A stretch of 63,811 bases of DNA, filler included, from Octopus bimaculoides (lineage: Eukaryota), in the NCBI RefSeq assembly GCF_001194135.2. It is 9 parts of 9 records of this genome, joined end to end, with 100 filler letters (N's around TTAATTAATTAA, not from the genome) between each part and the next. Parts side by side here need not be neighbours in the genome. Positions count along the whole stretch, not along the records: positions 25,651 to 40,125 come from NC_068992.1; positions 40,226 to 47,760 come from NC_068982.1; positions 47,861 to 58,558 come from NC_068994.1; 6 more parts are not named here. One strand, 5' to 3'. Positions 35,426 to 48,930 of this stretch are shown piece by piece. A program made the position numbers and the translations under genes. A model generated the notes under the pieces. It did no database searches, was not told the DNA's origin, and saw nothing but the letters and a program-made list of their open reading frames with translations. Every line of letters starts with the position of its first letter. Within the stretch, counting starts at the first letter, position 1.

Positions 35426-35677
35426 TTTTATGCGCCCTTTTAAGCCTATCCAGGCTCATGGGCCCGGTTTCCCGGTTTCAATGGCGTATGTACTCCCCAG
35501 CTGGACGGGATGCCAGTCCATCGCAGCGTTACTCGTTTTTGCCAGCTGAGTGGACTGGAGCAACATGAAATGAAGTGTTTTGTTCAAGAACACAACGCGT
35601 TGCCCGGTCCAAGAATAGAAACCACAATCTTAGGATCATGATGCTGACACCCTAACCACTAAGCCACGCGCCTCCAC
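35426..35677 (-). mobile_element. tRNA-derived SINE (D-related head, different body)
   Basis: The minus strand starts gtggaggcgcgtggcttagtggttaggg and shares ttcatgttgctccagtccactcagctgg with family D. Confidence 0.8.
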
Positions 35678-35690
35678 ATGTATATATATA

Positions 35691-35895
35691 CTTTCTTCTA
35701 TAGGCACAAAGCCTGACATTTTGGGGGAGCAAACTAGTTAATTACATCGACCCCCAGCGTTTCACTGGTTCTTAATTTATGGAACCCGAAAGGATGAAAG
35801 GCAAATTCGACGTCGGTGGAATTTGAACTCAGAATATAAAGACACACGAACTGCCGCTAAGCATTTTACCCAGCGTGCTAACGATTCTGCCAGCT
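35691..35895 (-). mobile_element. Family B SINE
   Basis: Matches the reverse complement of 30115-30330. Confidence 0.88.
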
Positions 35896-36567
35896 AACTT
35901 GTGCATGTGTGTCTGCGAGAGTCATTGTGGTTGTATTCCCAGTGCTTGACAACCTGTATCAGTTTCTTTACGTCATCGTAACTTAGCGGTTCGGCTTGAA
36001 TATTAGAATGAATATGTACAAACTTAAAATAAGTACTTGGGTCAATTTGCTGGCTAAACCCTTCTAAGCAGTACTTCTGCATGGCTGCAGTCCAATGACT
36101 GATGCAGATGATTAAGAATAACAAAATACCTCAAAACCTCCAGACATGAACTATCAATCTTCAAATGTTCAGATCAAGTAATACGAACATTATGACCATA
36201 ATCGGTAAGGAAAGCAGTAAAAATAAAATAACTTTTGCAAAGTTCAAGTTGTAATTAATTATTCGTTGTTCTTATAAGAATTCCATTGATGGAACTTTGA
36301 TTCTTTGTTGAAGACCAGCTACATCTTGACAGGAAGAATTCAAATATTTATTGTATGCGAGCACAAGGGCTTGTATCCAGACAGACAGACAGACATACAG
36401 ACGAATTTACAAACATATACAAGTATGATTGTAACTTATGCATACACACACTCACACACATACACACACATATATATGCATGTATATATTATGTATACAC
36501 ATACATTTATAAATATGTGTAATAACAATATATGTGCCTATATTTGAATATATAAATATAACATATG

Positions 36568-36612
<45 letters not shown>

Positions 36613-36685
36613 TTATTTACACTATTTACATTTGACAGATATTTGTCCTCATCTTGTTTGTTGTTAACACTGATATAGAACTGTA

Positions 36686-36717
<32 letters not shown>

Positions 36718-36979
36718 NNNNNNNNNNNNNNNNNNNNNNNNNNNNNNNNNNNNNNNNNNNNNNNNNNNNNNNNNNNNNNNNNNNNNNNNNNNNNNNNNNN
36801 NNNNNNNNNNNNNNNNNNNNNNNNNNNNNNNNNNNNNNNNNNNNNNNNNNNNNNNNNNNNNNNNNNNNNNNNNTATATATGGGAGAATTTACGAAAAAAA
36901 AACAACAGACGAAGACATATATACATATATATGCGCACAGATATACATATGCATGTATATGAGTGTATTTTTTCTGTAG

Positions 36980-37019
<40 letters not shown>

Positions 37020-37329
37020 GTATGTATATATGTCTCAGTGTATGTATGTATGTATGTATGTACGTATGTATGTACATATGTATGTTTGCATGCTTGTATG
37101 TACGTACGTATGTATGTATGTATACGAACTCCTACCTCAAAGGAAAACACGACCACAACATAAAATAAGTTGGACTTGAATTACTGTATCAATCTCTCGA
37201 GACATTTAGTGATAAAATGATAAAAATATCATAAACACTGACGACAAACTGCGAAACTTATCCAAGTGTGAAGACAACTAACAGTAATATAAACACAAGA
37301 AAAACGTACTTAGAGTGAACCTTAAACCC

Positions 37330-37655
37330 GAAAACAAGGAAAATATTGTAAGTTTTTAAAAGTGATATCAGTAACCCGTTTGTTATTATGGACAGCGCAG
37401 AATATGTTACGAAAGTAAATATTTTAGTACGGATAACTGCCAATTGATCAATATTGTAGATAGATAACACTATTCAAATAAAAATCGAAAGGAATTGAGG
37501 AATTATAGCCACAAAGACTTCTGTAGTATCTATCCGTTTCGTTTAAAATAAAGCAGTGTTAAGCCTTGCATTGATGTGTGGTAATAAAACAAAATAATCC
37601 TATCTACCTCATAATCTCCAATATCAATACATTCACTCGTAGTCTCGCTAAAAGG
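37330..37655 (+). mobile_element. Penelope-like element RT N-terminal remnant
   Basis: KSDISNPFVIMDSAEYVTKVNIL resembles KxDKGNxxVIMDxxDYxxK; NNPIYLIISNINTFTRSLAK resembles PLRPIISxxxTxxxxLAK. Heavily degenerate. Confidence 0.55.
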
Positions 37656-37879
37656 ATGACATAGACTTAGAAACTAGAGAGATACTACAGAGACTATAAA
37701 CTAGAGAGATGCAACATAGGAGAATGGGAAGAAAAACTAAGAAATTCTAGAGAAAATGGTTTTTTTAAAGTCAAATCAGAATTCGCGAACGGTAATAATT
37801 ACTGGTATTTTACAAAAGTTGCACGTATCGATATCAAGGCAGGAAGGTGATAAATAAAGATCGGAAATGAGGAGTAATG

Positions 37880-38170
37880 ATGTATTGGATTGAAAGAACT
37901 TGGATGTGTTTCGGCCAATGATTGGCCCAGGCCATGTCTAACTTAATAGCACCACTTGATAGGATCTGTTAAGTCATTTTAAGGTCAGATTTTGTGATAT
38001 CAGGGTCCATTCAATTAGGGAGTTGTTGACTGAGATATATCCAGGTATTGGTGGCTTATCTGGTATTTCTTAAAGAAACTTGTCTCTGTTTTGTTAGTAG
38101 GTGATGGGATTTGTTTTCTTATTTGATTTGTTTCGGGATCGTGTTAAATAAAGGAGGGCATGTTGAGGAA
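37880..38170 (-). mobile_element. CR1/L2-group LINE 3' end
   Basis: CPPLFNTIPKQIK...DKFL.EIPDKPPIPGYISVNNSLIEW resembles the GPxLFNxLP...LDKFLxxIPDxP motif. Confidence 0.6.
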
Positions 38171-38245
38171 AATAAATTGTGCTGAAGTGAATTTATGTCT
38201 TATGATCCAGAACTGTGTAGGGATTGCTTAACCATCTCCTGCACC

Positions 38246-38293
38246 GTCTTCGACGAAGGGATATGTAACATATCCCGGAAACAGCTGTAAAAC
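38246..38293 (+). ncRNA. Minimal type-I hammerhead-ribozyme-like motif with variant core
   Basis: GTCT | TCGACGA A | GGGATATG-TAA-CATATCCC | G GAA | AC-AGCT-GT | A | AAAC. Stem II is perfect and the stem III loop is palindromic; the core has UC instead of CU at positions 3-4. Confidence 0.45.
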
Positions 38294-38779
38294 CTTCTCT
38301 ATAAATGTTCTGAAATCTTTCACAACCTTGGATTTTTATCTCATTCTCTTAATTTTTTTATATATACGCATGCTGATATATGACCTATGTTGGACTCCTC
38401 ATTTGCATAATCAACGAACCTGGAGCATAACAATAGTCTGTCCATAGCACTTACTCAGCATTACCTGATACCTTTGGGTCTTCTTAACACCATTACCTCT
38501 CATAACCTTATAAATATATAAATATATACGTATATATATATATATATGTGTGTGCGTGTGTGTGTGCGTGTGTGTGCCTGTGTGTGCGTGTATGTATGTA
38601 TGTATGCATGTATGTATATATATATGTATGTATGTATGTGTATGTGTGAGTATGTATGTAATTATATATATATATGCACACACACACACACACACAAATA
38701 CACACGCACACACACACACACACACGTATGAAAAAGGCAGGTCGTTGTATGTGGTCTCTTGGTCTTACTAGTTATATTC

Positions 38780-39560
38780 TGCCAACACTATTTCAATTTG
38801 TGTCTGGGTATGTCTGCACTTTCACTGCTGCTTCTAATGTTTGTCTCCTAAGGATTATTATCTCAACATATTTCGTTATATAGCCAATTAGCCACTCTGT
38901 CTCATTGGTAGTTAATACCATGAAGACGTTTTTAGACACCTTCTTATGACGTGGGTGACATCCTCAGTGTTAATTCCTCAATTTCTTCTCAGGGTTGCCT
39001 CACCCACGTGGTTTACCTGCATCCCTGTCCCTTTTATGTATCAGATATTTCGCGGTTACTTCCTGTTGCTGTATTTTAGAAGATATTACTAAAGTCGGTG
39101 CCAAAGCCCCGGTTATCTATTCAAAAGTATACTGCTCTGGTTACCAATGTTGTTTCTACCACAAGCCTTCTGGGAATACAGCCATTCATATTCTGCTGCT
39201 GGTATGTACACAACCTCCCTTCTGATTACCTGTTGTAGTGAAACCGTGGAACTTACCTGGCTGAAAATCCTTGGTCTTCAGTCTGAGGATACTTTTTGAG
39301 AAATCCAATTCTAATTCTATTGATAGCATCGGCCTTCCGTAAGTAGAATTGTTTAATCACAGGGCTTCGGCATCTCGTACTTTTCAGATGTTGTCGATAG
39401 AATATGATGTGTTTGTTAACCCTTTTGCCTTGAAACCGACCATACCACGCCAAACTAGATCCTATCTTTCACACCTAACCTACAATGCTATTCTAACAAT
39501 AAACAGTGTTATCATCAAAATCTCGAAGCCACAAGATAATACAGGATTAATTCAAAACAG
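38780..39560 (-). mobile_element. R4/Dong-clade LINE internal fragment, old; same subfamily as 17446-18700
   Basis: IQQQEVTAKYLIHKRDRDAG...EDVTHVIRRCLKTSSWY*LPMR parallels AIQEQEIATKY...EDITHVI...MSSRYYLPMR. Confidence 0.75.
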
Positions 39561-39900
39561 CATTACATTTGTGAGAGTAATGTGAATGGCAAAATGGATA
39601 AAGACTGTTTCTATCGATGTTAGGCCTTTGCTATCTTGTCCTACGGTTCCGTTCTAAATAAAGGTGGTTACACATCATACGATGTGGCACATTCTAGTAA
39701 GGATTAACAATTTTCGAGTTTTAACATCAATAACACAGATACAATGCATAAAAGTATGTATGTATGTATGTATGTATGTATGTATGTATGTATGTTTGTA
39801 TGTATGTATGTATGTATGTATGTTTGTATGTATGTATGTATGAATGTATGTATGCATGTATGTATGAATGTATGTATGCATGTATGTATATATGTAATGT

Positions 39901-40125
39901 GGAAGCGCAATGGCCCAGTGGTTAGGGCAACGGACTCGCGGTTTCGATTCCCAGACTGGGGGTTCTGAGTGTTTATTGAGCGAAAACACCTAAAGCTCCA
40001 CGAGGCTCGGCAGGGGATGGTGGCGAACCTTGCTGTACTCTTTCACCACAACTTTCTCTCACTCTTACTTCCTGTTTCTGTTGTGCCTGTAATTCAAAGG
40101 GTCAGTCTTGTAACACTGTGTCACG
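39901..40125 (+). mobile_element. Family C tRNA-derived SINE, 5' part
   Basis: A box tggcccagtgg, B box gtttcgattcc; overlaps in sequence with 4051-4150. Confidence 0.9.
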
Positions 40126-40225
40126 NNNNNNNNNNNNNNNNNNNNNNNNNNNNNNNNNNNNNNNNNNNNTTAATTAATTAANNNNNNNNNNNNNNNNNNN
40201 NNNNNNNNNNNNNNNNNNNNNNNNN

Positions 40226-40385
40226 AAACTGTCTGCCAAACATGGACGTTAGGGCCCGCGAATCATGGAGTCTGGTCTCACTTATGGCTATGATTTCTAG
40301 TTTGTGTGACTTTATGTCGTTTAGGAGGTACCCTTGTTTCCAAGGAGACCCCAAGTCACGCGCATTTACACAACCAATCTTGAGC

Positions 40386-40387
<2 letters not shown>
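40226..40387 (-). mobile_element. APE-type endonuclease N-terminus of a Tx1/L1-like LINE
   Basis: MLKIGCVNARDLGSPWKQGYLLNDIKSHKLEIIAISETRL fits the APE motifs NVRGL and DIxxxxET. The ATG directly follows (TATC)n. Confidence 0.75.
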
Positions 40388-40442
<55 letters not shown>

Positions 40443-40614
40443 CTGACTGACTGACTGAATGAATGAATGAGTGAGTGAGTGAGTGAGTGAATGACAGAAG
40501 GACATATAATTATCAAATATTGAACAAATCGAAATGTAAAATGTCCAAAGATCAATCTGATATTGTCCGCAATGTAAACAGAGCTGACATAAATTTCCAA
40601 AACTCTTTCTCTAC

Positions 40615-40616
<2 letters not shown>

Positions 40617-40677
<61 letters not shown>

Positions 40678-40812
40678 AAGAAGAAGAAGAAGAAGAAGAA
40701 GAAGAAGAAGAAGAAGAAGAAAAAGAAGAAGAAGAAAAAGAAGAAGAAAAAGAAGAAGAAGAAGAAGAAGAAGAAGAAGAAGAAGAAGAAGAAGAAGAAG
40801 AAGAAGAAGAAA
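40617..40812. repeat. (AAT)n switching to long (AAG)n polypurine tract
   Basis: Seen directly. Confidence 0.97.
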
Positions 40813-41675
40813 TATTTTTTACACTAAATAAAATGTGAGAAAATCAGGAGAACAGGTTCTCACAACGGCAACAGTAACAAGAACAATAAAATAATGATAA
40901 CGATGAGGAGAAGGAAGAGTTTGATTGTCAAGAGCGGAAGAGAGTGTAGGAGGGATCTATTGAAATAAAGAGAAAAACACGGGTGATCTTGGCCATTATA
41001 GATAACAAGAAAAAGTGTAAAACAAATCTTAGCATGACATGGACACAGGGATAGAATGCTAAAAGTCATTTAAGATACTAACAATGTGTATCATCCATGC
41101 TATGTCAAAATAGAAAAGGGCAAGAGAGAATGAATGCCAGCTCTATAGTACTTATGCTTTCCATTCTTTTTGCTGGGTTTAACCTCACTAACAAACCGAC
41201 TAAATGAAACCATTACGATTTGTATATGCTGCAGACAACCCTTAAGTCATCTCCTCTATATTAACAACTAGGAATTTTATCCAATTGGATAATTTGGGGA
41301 AATTATTCGTATATTCTGGCAAGACATTAAAATGAGTCTGATGTGGCGGCAAACTTTCCAGTAAGTTGGGTATCTTCAATAGGACGCGATCCATCTTGTT
41401 TACTTTCGACAAGGGAGACAAAATAATTACCTTAATCTACTCTTGTGTCCCGCTACAATTACTTCTACCCAGCAATATAAGGCGTTCATAATTACACTTC
41501 CAGAGAGATACAAAAGAAAATTCTCGAAGTCTTGTCAATGACAGAGAGCAACGTAATTGAAAGTAGACGTACATACGACTTTTCAGTCAAAAGGTAGACT
41601 TCTTTTCCACTCTGCCATTTTGATTGTTCTCTCTCCCCCTCTCTCTCTCTATCTATCTCTTTCTCTCTTTCTCTA

Positions 41676-41773
<98 letters not shown>

Positions 41774-42283
41774 TCTCTCTTTCTTTCTCTCTCACTTTCT
41801 CTCTCTATCCCTTTCTCATTTATTTGTTTATTATATATTATTAATATATTTTTGATATGATGCGTGAGTGCTCATAGCAGCGTCAGAATAGGAATTATTA
41901 AAAATGACAGGAATGACAACGTTAGTAATACTAAGAGAAGTGGCAGTAGCAGCAGCAGCAGCCACAAAAGCAAAAGTAGCTAAAGCTAAAGTGAAAAAAT
42001 CTGCCATCATCTTAACACATTAACATCTTGAAAATCATTTTTTTATGGAAAAATATAATTTTGACATGCATTTCAAGATGGACAGCGACTAAAGATGATA
42101 AGATACAAGTAAGAAGAAAAATCACAGGCATAAGAGTGAATGAGTGAATGAATGAAGGAGAAAGATTATGATATTGATGAGTAGAAAATTAGTGATACTG
42201 AGAGTGTGTGTAGAAATGATTGACAAAACACGTGTGAGGATGTATAAGAAAAATATTTGAAAATGAATTAATGATGGAAGGTA

Positions 42284-42320
<37 letters not shown>

Positions 42321-43966
42321 TGTGCAAGTAGGGTGTGCGTATGTTGTCTGCTTAATGGGGAAGGTCTGTATGTATACATGCGTATATTTATGTATGTTTG
42401 CGGATGACAGGAAGAACAAGACGAAGAGAAAAAGAAATGAAAAGAAGAAGAAAGCAAAATGAAAACGAAAAAAAGAGCAAATTTCTTGAAACTCTGTATG
42501 ATTCATTTTATAAGGGGAAAAAGTTATATTATGTATCATACATGTATGTATGATGCATAATATCATGTGTGCATGAGTCTGTATATGCATGTGTAGTCTT
42601 TCCTCCAATGATTTCATTTTATGAACTATGGCTATATATATTACATTATATTCTTGTTAGTATTATAACTACTTTGCTTATGTAGAGAATCTCCAGTATC
42701 TTAAATATTTTTCCATAATATGTTCGTGTATTCATACCATGCTAAGGTTTGATTTTCACTTTATTTCGAAGTGTTGCCGATAGTAGCTTCTCAAAACATT
42801 TTATTTGGAGAAGCCAGTATCAGCAAAATCCCAAAGTAAACAGTCTCCTCCTGACAATAAATGTTATTTTACTAAATGGCCTGTGCTGCCTTCCATATTC
42901 GACACATGCTCTCAGTACACAAGTATACAAACCAATAAAACAACACATTTAAAGTGTATATGTAGATATGAGCGCATACGGCTAGCTGTGTGTGTATAAG
43001 GCTACGTGTATAGTGGAACGTCATAAGCTGGTATTTTTTTATTGCATTCTATAGAAGTGTGAAAACGGGAGAAATAGTGACACACGTAATAGAGTAGGGA
43101 TAAGTGTGCGAAATTGAGAAAAACAGTGTGAAAAGAAAAGACTGTAGCATTTCTCGTAACATCTTTCTCTATTCTTATTGCATTTTTCGTCTCTTTATAA
43201 GTTCCGTTATACCTTCTGTATGAGTTCCATTATATTTATTTCTGTCTCACTTTTCTCGTTAATCTTTTCGCTTACACTCACATCCCTTGATATGCATATT
43301 ATTTCATTTCCTTTTTGGTGCTAATACCTTTGGTTATGGCATGGATGGCGCGGTGTCATCGTATCCCTTCTCCCAACGTAAACGTGCAATAGAAGGGGAA
43401 AATGCTTATGAAACTGATATAAAAGACTCCAATGATTCCATGTGTCTTGTGGACAAAATCTTAATCTGGTTTCAATTCCAAATAGGGACTATATAATTAA
43501 CAATCCAGTTATAAGAAGAAATATCCTATATTCATTTGTTCTCGCTTGGATATGAATTTTAAGGTTAGATTTGAGCGTCAAATTGAATTGTCCTGATACT
43601 TCTAAGTTCAGTTCCTACCCCTGTCAGTTGTTCTTTTTACCTTTAATAAGTGTCACTAAAATATTGTGATGTGATATGGTCGACTCTTCCCCGTCGCTCG
43701 CAAGCTGGTCCCTTATGTTACGCTACAAATCGCCATATAAATACGGTGTTACATCGCATCATTTTATGATTCATTCACAGGGGAGATATACTAGTGGCTG
43801 CCTCACTTTATGTCATGGTACAGCAAATATAATTGTTTTACATAGCAGCAAAAGCACCCCAAAAACTGACGCAAGAATATAGTGGATCCAGCTGGGAATC
43901 AAATCCATGGTGTACTTTTGACACGATGATTACATATAAGTTGTTCGCAAATGCCTGTCGTGTGAA

Positions 43967-44260
43967 GGCGCATGGCTCAGTGGTTAGAGCGTGGATCTTA
44001 CGATCGTGAGGCTGTGAGTTCGATCCCCGAACCGGGCTGCGTGTTGTGTTCTTGGGCAAGACACTTTACTTCACGCAGCAGTAGAAATGAATTGCGACAT
44101 CACTAGTGCCAAGTTGTATCGGCTTTTGCCTTTCCCTTGAATAACATCAGTGCTGTAGAGAGGGGAGGCTGGTATGCATGGGCGACTGCTGGTTATCCAT
44201 AAACAACCTTGCCCCGACTTGTGTCTCGGAGGGTAACTTTCTGGGTGCAATCCCACGGCC
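43967..44260 (+). mobile_element. Family D tRNA-derived SINE
   Basis: ggcgcatggctcagtggttagagc...agttcgatcccc...gttgtgttcttgggcaagacacttt. Confidence 0.9.
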
Positions 44261-44831
44261 CTTCATAAACGAAGGGGGTCTCCTCCATGCCTGTCGTAGC
44301 AACACAAAACACGCAAATGGAGTGAATAATGACCCACACCATTACATTGGCACAAAAAATGCCTCCCGGTATTTTTTCTTCTACTATAGCCTTGGGCTGA
44401 CCAAAGCCTTGTGAGTGAATTCGATAGACTAAAACGCTATGTGCTGGTAGGCGGGGTGCGTATGTGCATTGTAATATCCTTAGAAGTAATACTCCGTACC
44501 AGAATTTACGACTCCATCCAAACACAACAAACTACTCACAATCCTTCTCGGAGTGTCCGCCTAAATGGAATCAGGGGAGGCTAGTTTGTGCTTGCATCAA
44601 TCATGAAGTCAAACCAAATAATATTTTCGAACTAACAATACGTACGTTTCGGATCTTGCACAATATATAATAGGAATTACATCTTCTTGCTGAATACCTG
44701 TTCGGTGAAGGTCTCGTGTAAGGGAATGTAAGCTCTATACTTAAAACACTTTCAAAATATCATTACTTGGTTTTATTCCATTATTACACACATACACACA
44801 CGCACGCACACACACAAATACATACATATAT

Positions 44832-44883
<52 letters not shown>

Positions 44884-44976
44884 NNNNNNNNNNNNNNNNN
44901 NNNNNNNNNNNNNNNNNNNNNNNNNNNNNNNNNNNNNNNNNNNNNNNNNNNNNNNNNNNNNNNNNNNNNNNNNNNN

Positions 44977-45051
<75 letters not shown>

Positions 45052-45086
45052 CATGCATATATGCATACATATATGTGTGTGTATGC

Positions 45087-45139
<53 letters not shown>

Positions 45140-45479
45140 ATTCCTGCCTCTAACGCTTCCTTGGTATTAAACCGAAGTGATGTGTTACATTAGTACCGTT
45201 ACATTTGATAAGCATTATTTTGCTATTCAAGAGTATTTTTAGAATTAAGCACAATTTCAAAGCAGAGCGACAACAGTTGGAAACAGTGTAAAACCTAATG
45301 CAGAATATTTACTCTATACTCATACATTTTATTAAATGTTGCTTAGCAGTAGAAGTTCAAAGGATCATCTCCTGTTTCCTGTATCCTTTTACTGGGTGAT
45401 GTTATCCTTTTCCAAGCTTTCAAGAGGACAGCGTAAGGCCAGAATATCAGTTCCACGTTAATATATTACGGACGTTTTA

Positions 45480-45890
45480 TGTCGACATTTTCCAAGCAGA
45501 CATGAGTTGGCGAATGAAGAACAAAGGTAGGCTGCGAAGCTGAAGACCATAGAAAGATCCATGCTAGGAATATCGTTGCGATAGCAAATCCGATACGAGG
45601 TAATTCGTAAACGGGGGAGAAACAATTATGGGAGTTCGATAAGTTGGTCTGCGACGTACATGTCCTTAGGCTTACAGACAACTTGTAGACCCGAGATGAC
45701 GTCCAGTGGTATCCAAGAAATGGTAAGAAACTACTCGGACAAACCCCAAGACGATGGGGGTGATGACCACGTCCCTCCTTCTCACCCCCACCCCACCCCC
45801 ACATACACTCACAAAATTGGCCACTTCGAAGAGAAGAGCACAACCAAAGGAAGAACGGAAGGTTGGTACCAGCGATTTGAAATGCGTATG
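45480..45890 (+). mobile_element. RTE-clade LINE 3' remnant
   Basis: ERSMLGISLR..IR.EVIRKR...QWYPR..K...GQTPRRW. Confidence 0.65.
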
Positions 45891-45921
45891 CCAATGAGTT
45901 ATAAACAGACACACATGTGTG

Positions 45922-45971
<50 letters not shown>

Positions 45972-46778
45972 AGGAGCTTCACACTGTTCACTGTTCAGTC
46001 TGCTGTTATAAGCAGGGCATTGGTGAAATTGAGACTGGTAAAAGAACTTTGAGCCATTGTATTGTCACAAATGTCGTCACTAAGAACCAGTTAGCTGCGA
46101 ACCAAACTTAACGACGCAACCATCCCTGTTCATATCAGTTGATTTCAAATCACACTCGTATAACTCCACCATGCATCCGTCTGAGGCCAGTTATATAAAT
46201 ACTAGCAATAATATTCTATGGTCTACACTATCAGCTATGGCAGTTTGCATATATAATTAACCTGTGACTAAGAGAGAGAGAGAGAGAGAAATCAATGAAA
46301 TAGCAACACATCAACTAGTTTTAATAGAAGCTTTGGAAAATAGCCAACAGTCAACGGATATATCACGAGTGTCTAATCAACGTATACATCTTGTAGGCAA
46401 CTTTAAATTCACACATGTTCTTTTCTCTTTAATCACTTCCGCTTGTCGGAATCAGTAACCTTTAACAGGATCTCATCCTTGTCTTCAAATCTTTCAACAA
46501 ATTATTCTATCAAGAGCTGGAAAAGTTTTTTGGTTATCGATTTAGATCAATATCTTATTTACTCCAGTCTCCATAGCTCCCCGCAAATGTTATTTATATA
46601 ATTGCACGAAATGTTTTTAACAAGAAGAGAGCAAAAACAGTACGTGTGAAAGAAAATGACATTTTACTGGCAATATATATTACGCCTCCGGTATTAAGAG
46701 TTGGTCGTAGTATACTTTGTATATTTATAGACTTCTAAATATATAAATATATACATGTGTGTGCGTGCGTGTGTGTGC

Positions 46779-46819
<41 letters not shown>

Positions 46820-47144
46820 CGTGTGTGTGTTCCTCTGTGAGCATTGTTCCAACGGTTTCAATTATTAGGTTGCATCCTTCATGGAATATTATGTTCAATA
46901 CGCATTTCACTCAGGTGCTAAAGTTATCGATCTCTATAAATGTTGAACCTGTAAGATTAATGACGTAATCGACAACATCAGTTCCGTTTAGATTCGTATT
47001 AATAAACAACACTAACACACAGACATATATCATATGCACACACGCAAACGCAGACACATGTATACTTATAAAAAGGCACAAACATGCATGGTTTATGTAT
47101 ATTTTATAGTGAATACATACTTACACATAGATAGACAGACAGTC

Positions 47145-47187
<43 letters not shown>

Positions 47188-47424
47188 TAGATAGATAGAT
47201 AGCTAGATAGATAGATAGATAGAAGCCAAATAGGCAAACAAAGAAAGACACTTTAACACATCCTCAATGATCAGCGACAATTGTTTCTGTCATTTCTGCT
47301 TTAAACGCCAGTTAAAGCAAAAGTTACAAGTGAGAATGTACGAATTGTTTGCAGTTTTAAGCATTACAGTGGCATTTCCTCAGACTCGCATCCAAGGTGC
47401 GCTTACATTGTGCCATTGGCACAT

Positions 47425-47565
47425 TGTAATTGGCGGTTCGGAAAAAAAGACACCGATAGAACAAATATTAGGCTTGCAAATAATAAGTCCTGAGGTCGAT
47501 TTGTTCGACTAAAGGTGGTGCTCCAGCATGGCCGTATCTAAATGACGTAAACAAGTAAAAGAATA
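47425..47565 (+). mobile_element. Family A SINE 3' part
   Basis: gcggttcgg...accgatagaa...gtcgatttgttcgactaaaggtggtgctccagcatggcc. Confidence 0.85.
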
Positions 47566-47568
47566 AGC

Positions 47569-47603
<35 letters not shown>

Positions 47604-47974
47604 ATTTCTGTTGTTTTTCTTTCGCCGCTGACGCTCTCAACTTGTTTGTTTCTGTAGCTGCTCTCTAGCGAAGCCCCTGATATGTTCGATTAAGTGACCT
47701 CTAAGCTAAATTGACACCGTCTGTAAAGACGAAAAGGGCCAATTATATTATTTATATATANNNNNNNNNNNNNNNNNNNNNNNNNNNNNNNNNNNNNNNN
47801 NNNNTTAATTAATTAANNNNNNNNNNNNNNNNNNNNNNNNNNNNNNNNNNNNNNNNNNNNCCAAGCCAAGAAGGAGACCTCTATGTGGCTGCTTGGCCCA
47901 CTAGAAATAATAGTCAGATCTTCCTCAAATCATAACCCCATCCCATCATCTTAAATTTATTTTTTGAAGTTTGT

Positions 47975-48072
47975 TACTTATTCCATTGGTCTTATTTGTC
48001 AAACTGCTGAGTTACAGGGCTGTAAGCAAACCAACACCAGTTGTCAACTAGTTGTGGGGGACAGACACAAAG

Positions 48073-48109
<37 letters not shown>

Positions 48110-48298
48110 GACACGCATAGATATATAAATATATGATGGGCTTCTTTCAGTTTCCATCTGCCAAATCCACTTATAAGGCTTTGGTCAGCTCAAGGTTATA
48201 GTAAGAAGACACTTGCCAAATTGCTACACAGTGGGACTGAACCGAGAACCATGTGGTCAGGAAGCAAACTTCTCACCATACAACCACATCTCTTGCAC
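47975..48298 (-). mobile_element. Family A SINE, CpG-decayed
   Basis: Colinear with 21902-22319. Confidence 0.85.
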
Positions 48299-48559
48299 CT
48301 ATCTCCATTTCACAAATATACATTGTTCTTTATTAAATTTCAAATCTTATTCATGATTTCATTTTCCACCAAAATTACATTTTTCAATCCAACCTCACCC
48401 AATTCCTTTACCAGGTCATACCAACAATCCTGGTCATATTGACATGTCTTAGATATAATAATGTAATGTGCACTCTCCGTATGCATTCCATCAAGCAAAT
48501 GTCCATCTTACACAATATACTTCTAATTAGAATGTCATTCTTACTCTATAGACATTGTT

Positions 48560-48930
48560 AGTAACTGCATTACTCACTTGACTATTACAGTCTTTCTTTT
48601 ACCAATTCTCCTTTTCCTCCAACTGATCTGTGGCATTTACCACTAAGGTTCAATTGATTTATTCTTCTCACATTTTTGCATGGTTTCTGTCTATCTTAAT
48701 GCTTCTTTCTTTTTCCATTCCATCTTATTAATTCTTACCGAGCAGTATCCTAAAAACATCTTATCCATCTTATTTCATACCCACTCACTAACTTTCCTAT
48801 CCTGTTTGTATCAAGCCACTCCTAGCATCATACATATAACATTTGTCTCACACTGATCTGATTTTGTCAATACACACAAATAGGAAAAGCCTGTCTCCAA
48901 AGAATCCAGCATTTTCTATAAGAATTCCAC
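48560..48930 (-). mobile_element. Very degenerate RTE-like remnant
   Basis: MMLGVA..DRKVSEWV and KKEALR.TE traces only. Confidence 0.35.

Noticed and set aside
40487-40831. Poly-Arg/poly-Ile ORF and the many HT/CV/YI/SL-repeat ORFs in the track
   Set aside because: Translations of microsatellites that happen to lack stop codons.
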